A stretch of 27,210 bases of DNA from a virus. Taxonomy: Duplodnaviria; Caudoviricetes. Location: IMG/VR virus record IMGVR_UViG_3300048902_000103, positions 1 through 27,210 of that record, one strand, 5' to 3'. Under the pieces are notes generated by a model that was not told the DNA's origin, made no database searches, and saw only the letters and a list, made by a program, of their open reading frames with translations. The translations under genes were made by a program, and so were the position numbers. Positions 1 to 5,782 of this stretch are shown in pieces (position 1 is the first letter of the stretch; each line of letters opens with the position of its first letter).

Positions 1-1
1 C

Positions 2-622
2 ACCGCATTTCTTGGTAGCAAAATCGATAGCTACAGAATTACTGATGTCCGCGCCGCCCTGCAGCCGCTCAAGGAGGCCATCGAAGCCCTCAACGTGGCC
101 GCGCTGATCATCGCCCACCCAGCCAAATCAACCGTGCTCAATGCCCTGAACTATGTGGCCGGTTCAGGTGCCTTCACCCACGGCCCGCGGTTGGCCTTCA
201 TGGCCATCGCCGACCCCAAGCTGCCCGATCGCCGGCTGTTCCTGTCCTACAAGAACAGCCTGGGGAAATTACCCGACGGGCTGGGCTATTTCATCGAAAG
301 CGCATTCGTGGGGGAAGAACGGAATATCCTAAGCAGCCGCGTTGTTTGGGACAGCGCCCCCGTCACCATGACCGCCAACGAGGCGCTCGCCGCCACCGTC
401 GAAAACCAGAAATCCAAGACCGCCAAGAACGAGGCCGGGGAATTCCTCCGCACCAACATGGCCGATCCCGGCGAACCCTACAGCGCTGCGGAGCTCATTG
501 AGGCGGCTAAGGCCAAGGGCATCAATGAGCGAACCTTACGGCGCGCCGCAAACAAGATCGGCATCAGGAAATCCAAAAAGGAATTCCGCGGCAAGATGTG
601 GTGGGAAATTCCCGATGAGTAA
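2..622 (+). CDS. AAA_25/RepA-family ATPase-helicase, C-terminal part (5' truncated)
   Basis: The frame is open from base 2: TAFLGSKIDSYRITDVRAALQPL...LIIAHPAK...VAGSGAF...RLAF...KNSLG, followed by a wHTH-like tail (GINERTLRRAANKIG...WW). This pattern is typical of phage primase-helicases. Confidence 0.8.
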   Translation, partial: TAFLGSKIDSYRITDVRAALQPLKEAIEALNVAALIIAHPAKSTVLNALNYVAGSGAFTHGPRLAFMAIADPKLPDRRLFLSYKNSLGKLPDGLGYFIESAFVGEERNILSSRVVWDSAPVTMTANEALAATVENQKSKTAKNEAGEFLRTNMADPGEPYSAAELIEAAKAKGINERTLRRAANKIGIRKSKKEFRGKMWWEIPDE

Positions 623-658
623 AAAGGTACCGTCGCGCGCGCGCGGGGGTTTCTTAAA

Positions 659-795
659 CTGTCCGGATAGCCGCATAGGGGACACTGTCCGGACACGAGT
701 GTCCGGATAGGGTAAATATCTGAAAGAGGACAAAAAAATAGACTTAGAGAGGACTATCCGGCTATCCGGACAAACTACTATGGGATGTCCGGACA
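659..795. repeat. Cluster of palindromic TRTCCGGAYA 10-mers; putative replication origin (iterons)
   Basis: TGTCCGGATA at 660 and 700, TGTCCGGACA at 686 and 786, TATCCGGACA at 763, and degenerate TATCCGGCTA at 755. They flank an A-rich tract (712-750) right after the helicase gene. Confidence 0.7.
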
Positions 796-810
796 GCAAA
801 TGAGAACAAA

Positions 811-1149
811 ATGGCAAAAATCATCAGACCACGGGTGCCTTACCGGCCGATCCCGAAAAACCCGAACTTCAATCCACCGCCGCTCAGCCGCATCCGCGAA
901 CGCGCCTTGGCCGGCGAGATCGACCAGCCTGGCGTCCGGTTTCGTGGTGGAGTTCGACGCTGCGCGTGCGGCGCACACAAATTCGGCTTTGGGGAAAGCT
1001 TTGTCGATATGCAAACCGGCGAAATCACCCTTGCAAAGGTGCGCCGGGTGTCACCCACCTTGCCGCCCACGCCGACGCCTCGGCGTCAGAAAGCTCACGT
1101 GAAACATGTTTCACGTGAAACAGAGGGAGAACGATGTTTGATATCATAG
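811..1149 (+). CDS. Hypothetical basic, proline-rich protein
   Basis: 112-aa ORF with ATG, co-directional with its neighbours. Its 3' end reads through the parS sites (HVKHVSRET). Confidence 0.5.
   Translation: MAKIIRPRVPYRPIPKNPNFNPPPLSRIRERALAGEIDQPGVRFRGGVRRCACGAHKFGFGESFVDMQTGEITLAKVRRVSPTLPPTPTPRRQKAHVKHVSRETEGERCLIS
1091..1122. promoter_or_regulatory. parS: Tandem parS (ParB-binding) sites
   Basis: TGTTTCACGTGAAACA at 1107-1122 is a 16/16 match to the bacterial chromosomal parS consensus. It directly abuts a 12/16 copy, AAGCTCACGTGAAACA, at 1091-1106. Confidence 0.85.
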
Positions 1150-1301
1150 GAAAAAACAATTTCCTTCATGCGGGACATGGCGGGATAATGTCCCGTTCTG
1201 TCCCGTTGGGGGAATAACCCCCCCCCTTAATCTCCCCACCTTGCACAGCCAGCCAAACGGCCAGCCAATTGGCCAATTAGCCAAACCCTACCCGGAGAAC
1301 C

Positions 1302-1518
1302 CCCATGACCCAAAACGCACCCACGGCCTTCCCAGGCGCTATGACAGACGCAGAGAAGCTTCTGCTCTCAATGCTGCTGATGACACCATCTGCCACCGCA
1401 AGAGCAGTACTACTAGAAAACTACATCGCAGAGATGGGACCACTGAGCGAGGAAGCCGGAGCCAAGGTCAGGGAACTATTAGAGAGGGAGCCCATGACCC
1501 AAAACGCACCCACGGCCT
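1302..1518 (+). repeat. 28-bp perfect direct repeat CCCATGACCCAAAACGCACCCACGGCCT
   Basis: Copies at 1302-1329 and 1491-1518, 189 bp apart. Confidence 0.95.
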
Positions 1519-1655
1519 CGCCAGAGGAACTGCGCGCCGAGATCGATCGGCTGCGCGCTGCACTGCATCAAATTCTCAATGGCGTCACCGATCCACATGA
1601 CAGGCTGGTGCAAGTGCTGACAATTGCCCGCGCCGCCCTGGAGCCCAAGCCATGA
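1305..1655 (+). CDS. Hypothetical protein with a duplicated N-terminus (second likely start at 1494)
   Basis: GGAG precedes ATG 1305. MTQNAPTA recurs in frame at 1494, preceded by GAGAGGGAG. Confidence 0.7.
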   Translation: MTQNAPTAFPGAMTDAEKLLLSMLLMTPSATARAVLLENYIAEMGPLSEEAGAKVRELLEREPMTQNAPTASPEELRAEIDRLRAALHQILNGVTDPHDRLVQVLTIARAALEPKP

Positions 1656-1963
1656 CCGACGAAGAACGGCAACGGTTTGCCCGCAGGTTGCGCGAGCGCG
1701 CCGCCGAGATCGAGCGGCTGCGCGCTGAGAGTGCGGCTGAACTTGCAAAAGCGCTGCTGGAGATCGATGGGCTGTATGACAAGCTGGTGTTGGCCGTAAA
1801 GCAGATTGATGTGGTGACCGCCGAAAACGAGCAGTTGCGAGCGATCAACAAAGATGTCGGCATTGCCCTGGATATCGCCGCTGGCCAAGCCAAGCCTGAC
1901 CTGCGCGCGTTGCTGCCGGAACTGGCCGTGATCCGGCAAGTCATGAAGGACACCAAGCCGTGA
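1652..1963 (+). CDS. Hypothetical coiled-coil protein
   Basis: ATGA overlap with the upstream stop. Contains the AAEIERLR motif common in small phage early proteins. Confidence 0.75.
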   Translation: MTDEERQRFARRLRERAAEIERLRAESAAELAKALLEIDGLYDKLVLAVKQIDVVTAENEQLRAINKDVGIALDIAAGQAKPDLRALLPELAVIRQVMKDTKP

Positions 1964-2151
1964 TCGACTGGGCCGACAACATTCACTGCTTTCTACCCAA
2001 GCGCGAAACGGCTAGGTTGCTGGCCATCTGGCGGGAAGTTGTGGCCTATCAGGAGGCGAGCCATGGCCAAGAAACGCAGGCCTCAGGTGGCGCTCAATGT
2101 CAGGTTGCCGCCGAGACTGCACGCCCAACTGGTCAGGGCGGCCAAGCGTGA
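1960..2151 (+). CDS. Hypothetical protein
   Basis: GTGA coupling with the upstream stop, but it overlaps the next gene by 89 bp. Confidence 0.35.
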   Translation: MIDWADNIHCFLPKRETARLLAIWREVVAYQEASHGQETQASGGAQCQVAAETARPTGQGGQA

Positions 2152-2527
2152 GGGCCACTCGCTGAACGACGAGATTTTGCTGCGAGCCTCCGTGCCTCCC
2201 ACTGCAATCATGGACTTGCTTGGGCAGTTGGAGGATGAGTTTCGCGGTAATTTTCTTTGGATCAGATCAACATTGATGGGGATAGCTGACGAGGCCATCC
2301 GCTCCGCGTTCGTCAAGATGCTACGCAATATCGAAAACGGCGATCTGCCGATGCTGCTCAACGAGCGGCTGGCCAAAGCCAATAGCGATGTCATTCACGA
2401 CGCAGTGCGGCAGGAAATGGCGGCACAGCGCGATCGCGTGGATTATCCAATCCACGAGGAGGGCGATCAGCATGAAGAAACGGAGGGGCCGGCCGCGCAA
2501 AACGGGCCTACGCTACCCGAGCGGTAA
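2063..2527 (+). CDS. Arc-like ribbon-helix-helix DNA-binding protein with a C-terminal extension
   Basis: AGGAGG RBS, then ATG 2063. LNVRLPPRLHAQLVRAAKREGHSLNDEILLR matches the Arc/Mnt pattern. Confidence 0.85.
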   Translation: MAKKRRPQVALNVRLPPRLHAQLVRAAKREGHSLNDEILLRASVPPTAIMDLLGQLEDEFRGNFLWIRSTLMGIADEAIRSAFVKMLRNIENGDLPMLLNERLAKANSDVIHDAVRQEMAAQRDRVDYPIHEEGDQHEETEGPAAQNGPTLPER

Positions 2528-3038
2528 GCTGCGGCAATCGCCGGTGTCACCGCGCGAGGTGGCGGCGGCCATGCCGCACCGCCGCGGCCTGGGCGATAAG
2601 GCCACCGACCAGCGCGCCGAGACTGCGCTCGGTCGGCTGGTGCTGATCGGCCTGCTCGCGCCCGAGCTCGGTCTTGCCGGCGACACCTATGGCAGCCTGT
2701 GGCGCGGCTATGTCTACTCGATCGACGGGCCGCGTACGTTCGCCCACGGCGACGGTCACGGCTTCTCTTGCGACGGCTGTCCGGACCCGGTGGCCAAGAA
2801 GCATTGCCGCTGCGACTTCCGCAAGCGCATCTTCGAGGAGGCTCGCGGCAAGCTCGCCCAAGTCGGCACGCTGGCGGCGATGGAAGTCTACACGGTGGTG
2901 ACGCAGGACCAGCGTTGCGCCAACCTGGCGGCGCTGCGCGAGGGCCTGACCGCGCTGGCCAAGCACTTCGGCTTGACACCGCGCGAAAAGCGGACTACCG
3001 AAAAAATAGTATCCGAAGTTTCGGCACCCGCCCCGTGA
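2472..3038 (+). CDS. Putative DNA-binding late-gene regulator (AT-hook plus Cys cluster)
   Basis: GAGGAGG RBS, then ATG 2472. RRGRPRK AT-hook, CDGC...HCRC possible Zn site, and a C-terminal LREGLTALAKHFGL helix. It is the last gene of the early block. The function is inferred from position. Confidence 0.6.
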   Translation: MKKRRGRPRKTGLRYPSGKLRQSPVSPREVAAAMPHRRGLGDKATDQRAETALGRLVLIGLLAPELGLAGDTYGSLWRGYVYSIDGPRTFAHGDGHGFSCDGCPDPVAKKHCRCDFRKRIFEEARGKLAQVGTLAAMEVYTVVTQDQRCANLAALREGLTALAKHFGLTPREKRTTEKIVSEVSAPAP

Positions 3039-3048
3039 GGCGGGTTTT
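3026..3048 (+). terminator. Probable intrinsic terminator
   Basis: ACCCGCC-ccgtga-GGCGGGT-TTT hairpin spanning the stop codon at 3038; the U-tract is short. Confidence 0.6.
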
Positions 3049-3052
3049 GCAT

Positions 3053-3223
3053 ATGAAGGGCCTGGACTTCTGGGCAACCGACGATTGGACCGACAAGCGT
3101 CTGCCGATGTGGGACGACTGGTCGAACCATTTCAGGCTTTGGGAGTGGCAGCTCGAAGTGTACCGCGAAGCGCTCCGCGAAGCGCTGCTGACGCCCAGCC
3201 CACTAGCTCGCTGCCGCGGTTAA
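3053..3223 (+). CDS. Possible small Trp-rich protein
   Basis: 56-codon ATG ORF (MKGLDFWATDDW...) filling the gap; no clear RBS. Confidence 0.35.
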   Translation: MKGLDFWATDDWTDKRLPMWDDWSNHFRLWEWQLEVYREALREALLTPSPLARCRG

Positions 3224-3289
3224 TCTAGCAGCCTGCGGCGGCCGAGTGGCCGGCGGCGGGCCTCTCCGGGTTCCCCCGCCGGTTTCACC

Positions 3290-3637
3290 TCACTTGTGCT
3301 TGCGCACCTTGTGCTTCGGCACCGAGCGCTTGGTCGCGGTCTTGTGCTTGGCGGTGGCGTGGCGGCTCTTCGGTGTATTGTATTTCCCCGTCACGGGGTC
3401 GAAGCCCTGACGGATTTTGGCCGCCAGTTCGTCCTCGTCCTCGGGGTCAGGCTCGGCCTTGGCCTTCTTGGCCTTCTCCTTCTCGGCCTTGGCGTCCTCT
3501 TCGGCCTTGGCATCGAGGTGGTCGACCTGCATCTTGGCCTCGCCCTCGGTCGGGAAGGTGTGCAGCGGCGTCTTGTCCTCGCCCTTGGTGACGACAAAGC
3601 TGTCGGGGCCGGTGGCGGTGTACTTGTGGTCGCCCAT
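3290..3637 (-). CDS. Hypothetical charged protein with a Lys/His-rich basic tail
   Basis: GGGAG RBS before ATG 3637. Strongly GC3-biased codons on the minus strand. Ends ...KSRHATAKHKTATKRSVPKHKVRKHK. Confidence 0.8.
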   Translation of the reverse strand: MGDHKYTATGPDSFVVTKGEDKTPLHTFPTEGEAKMQVDHLDAKAEEDAKAEKEKAKKAKAEPDPEDEDELAAKIRQGFDPVTGKYNTPKSRHATAKHKTATKRSVPKHKVRKHK

Positions 3638-3959
3638 GTCGGTTACTCCCGTGTTGGGGCAGTGGCGGAATGGCCACACCTGACAACGTATCAGGACCGC
3701 AAAAGATACGGCCATTCCGGATACGGGTTAGGGATTTCCTCCCAGAACCACAGTGCGCCCTTGCGGGTGTGCCGCTCAACGAATTCTCTCTGGCTGACCA
3801 TTTGCTGGGCCATGCCAGCGGCGATCGGATCGTATCTTTTCCAAGACCAGCCAAACATGATCAAAACCCCAGATCAGCAGTGGGCCAACCGCAAGCGGAA
3901 GGAGGCGGCGCGGCAGGATTGGCCACCGCACCGCCCGCGCCGCGGGTGGTGGCTTTTGC

Positions 3960-4163
3960 TTATCCCCGCGGCGCTGTTGGCTCTGGCCTTGCTGGGCTGG
4001 TGGCTTGCTGCCGCTGTGCCCTGAGGATCTGGTGATGGGCCCAGCCGATTGCTTCCTCGATGAAGGTCTGGCGATCGAGCGGGGTGATGCGGCCGGCGCG
4101 CTCCAGCTTGTAGTATTCCTCGATCAGGCGGGCGGCCTGCTGCATGATGATCTCGGCGCTCAT
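3960..4163 (-). CDS. Hypothetical protein
   Basis: ATG lies 5 bp after the stop of 4169-4492; helical, protein-like sequence. Confidence 0.6.
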   Translation of the reverse strand: MSAEIIMQQAARLIEEYYKLERAGRITPLDRQTFIEEAIGWAHHQILRAQRQQATSPARPEPTAPRG

Positions 4164-4168
4164 GGCGG

Positions 4169-4492
4169 CTACTCGACGATCGGCTGGAATAGGCAGACTT
4201 TGCCATTATAGGAAATCTTCAGCCTTCCGTTTGGCCAGCCAATAACGCGCACCGAAAGCGGCTTGTTGGTTTTGTCATCCACAAAGATCGGAATTTGGTC
4301 ACCCGGATCGGTACCGAGGATCATTCTGATTTCGGTGCCGCCGCATCTGATGACGCCCTCAACGTAGCAGCCTTCGGGTGTTTCCTCGCGGCAGTAGACA
4401 TCTGGTTTTGGCATGACGGTGAGGCGCGGCGGTTCGGCCATGGCCGGTGCGGCCATGCTCGCCAGCAGGGCGATGGCAATGAGTGATTTCAT
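4169..4492 (-). CDS. Small secreted or periplasmic protein
   Basis: GGAG RBS. Sec signal peptide MKSLIAIALLASMAAPAMA|EPP. Four Cys in the mature part. Confidence 0.8.
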   Translation of the reverse strand: MKSLIAIALLASMAAPAMAEPPRLTVMPKPDVYCREETPEGCYVEGVIRCGGTEIRMILGTDPGDQIPIFVDDKTNKPLSVRVIGWPNGRLKISYNGKVCLFQPIVE

Positions 4493-4680
4493 CGGTTCGG
4501 TTCTCCGGGTTAAATGAGTGGTGACAGGGAGCGGACCTAAGACCGTCGTCCCGGTTCGACCGAGGGGCTAGCACCCCCGTGCGGCCCTGCCACCGATGCT
4601 CCGCAGGCGCATACCAAACTGTGTCACAAGCCGTGATCGGCGTCAACGGCTGATGTCTGTCACAAGCTGTGGAGGGTGAT

Positions 4681-5055
4681 ATGTTTCCTCAGATGATGGG
4701 CGGCACCGCCATGCCGGGGCTGCTGCAAATGCAGGGTGGCTACGGCGCCGATCCGCGCCAGCAACAGCGGTATCCCCTATTCGGTCAGCGGCCGCCTGGT
4801 GATCGCTCCGACCAGAACCCGCGCGGCAATCAGGGTGACCCCGGCAATCCGATGGCGGCGGAAGGCCCGCAAGGCGGACCCGGCCCGGATCCGCGTGCAC
4901 CCTTGCCGCCCGATCAGAGCTACGATCCCAACACCGTTAAAACGCGCAACAACATGCTGAACATGGGCGCGATGGGGATGCAGATGCTGCAGCCGCGGCC
5001 GCCCAATCAGTCATTCCCGCCCTGGCTGCAGATCGGGAGCAAGCGCTATGGCTGA
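4681..5055 (+). CDS. Disordered Pro/Gly/Gln/Met-rich protein with C-terminal LQIGSKRYG
   Basis: GGAGG RBS, then ATG 4681. First gene of the rightward late block. Confidence 0.8.
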   Translation: MFPQMMGGTAMPGLLQMQGGYGADPRQQQRYPLFGQRPPGDRSDQNPRGNQGDPGNPMAAEGPQGGPGPDPRAPLPPDQSYDPNTVKTRNNMLNMGAMGMQMLQPRPPNQSFPPWLQIGSKRYG

Positions 5056-5416
5056 ATTCCCGGCTGACGAACCGGAAACCCCACAAGACGTGCCGGACGA
5101 GCCGGAGGCACCAGCCGAAGGCGCTGAGCCGGCAAAGATGTCCCAGCAGGAAGCCAACTATCGCGAGGGCAATCCGCAGCGCAGTTGCGGCCTATGCGGC
5201 CACTTTGACAGCAAGGGCCACAGTTGCGACGTTGTCGAAGGCGACATCAGTCCGTTCGGGTTTTCCGATCTCTACCTGCGCCAGGACAATCCGTTCCGCG
5301 AGGGCGAGAAGGAGGCCTTCAAGGGCGGCACCAGGGTGGCTCCGGCGCCTGCGGCCATGCCGGCCGGCCCCCCCGAACCCGGCCTGCTGCAGATCGGCGG
5401 CAAGATGTATGGATAG
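5048..5416 (+). CDS. Protein with a HiPIP-like Cys domain and C-terminal LQIGGKMYG
   Basis: KMSQQEANY...CGLCGHF...CDVVEGDISPFGFSDLY resembles small high-potential iron-sulfur proteins. The fourth Cys position is Ser. Confidence 0.7.
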   Translation: MAEFPADEPETPQDVPDEPEAPAEGAEPAKMSQQEANYREGNPQRSCGLCGHFDSKGHSCDVVEGDISPFGFSDLYLRQDNPFREGEKEAFKGGTRVAPAPAAMPAGPPEPGLLQIGGKMYG

Positions 5417-5419
5417 AAC

Positions 5420-5782
5420 TTGAACTCGGTAGAATTCGATCGCTGCTGGCCGTGGATGGAAGCCTCACTGAAAGAGTTCGCGGCCACCCACGACAAGGCG
5501 CATATCTGGGAGGCCATTCGCCGGGATGACGCGGTGCTGTGGCCGGGCGAGAATGCTTTCATCCTGACCACCACGATCATCTATCCGATCGGCATCAAAT
5601 GCTGCTCGGTCTGGCTGCAGGGCGGCAACCTCGACGAACTCAAGATCATGTACCCGATGATCGAGAAATACGCCCGCGCACAGGGCTGTGACTGGATGAT
5701 CGGCTGGGGCCGTGACGGCTGGGTTAGGGCCATGCCGGGCTGGCAGAGTTGCGGCACGCGACGCAGGAAAATCCTGACATGA
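5420..5782 (+). CDS. GNAT-fold-like phage protein (type found next to podovirus internal virion protein genes)
   Basis: TTG start. W-L-x-GG-x-LDEL...IEKYARAQGC...GRDGW motif. Confidence 0.7.
   Translation: MNSVEFDRCWPWMEASLKEFAATHDKAHIWEAIRRDDAVLWPGENAFILTTTIIYPIGIKCCSVWLQGGNLDELKIMYPMIEKYARAQGCDWMIGWGRDGWVRAMPGWQSCGTRRRKILT

Noticed and set aside
659-795. Possible CRISPR array from the TGTCCGGA repeats
   Set aside because: The repeats are only 10 bp, irregularly spaced and in both orientations, and there are no cas genes.
3296-4024. 242-aa plus-strand ORF, and its 55-aa hydrophobic tail 3857-4024
   Set aside because: It is mostly antisense to the better-supported gene 3290-3637. The tail could be a small membrane protein, but it has no RBS and overlaps 3960-4163, so it is left uncalled.
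4520-4594. tRNA or c4 antisense RNA assignment for the multi-branch structure
   Set aside because: It lacks properly placed D and T loops and an anticodon arm, and I cannot match the c4 consensus by eye. It is kept only as an unassigned structure.
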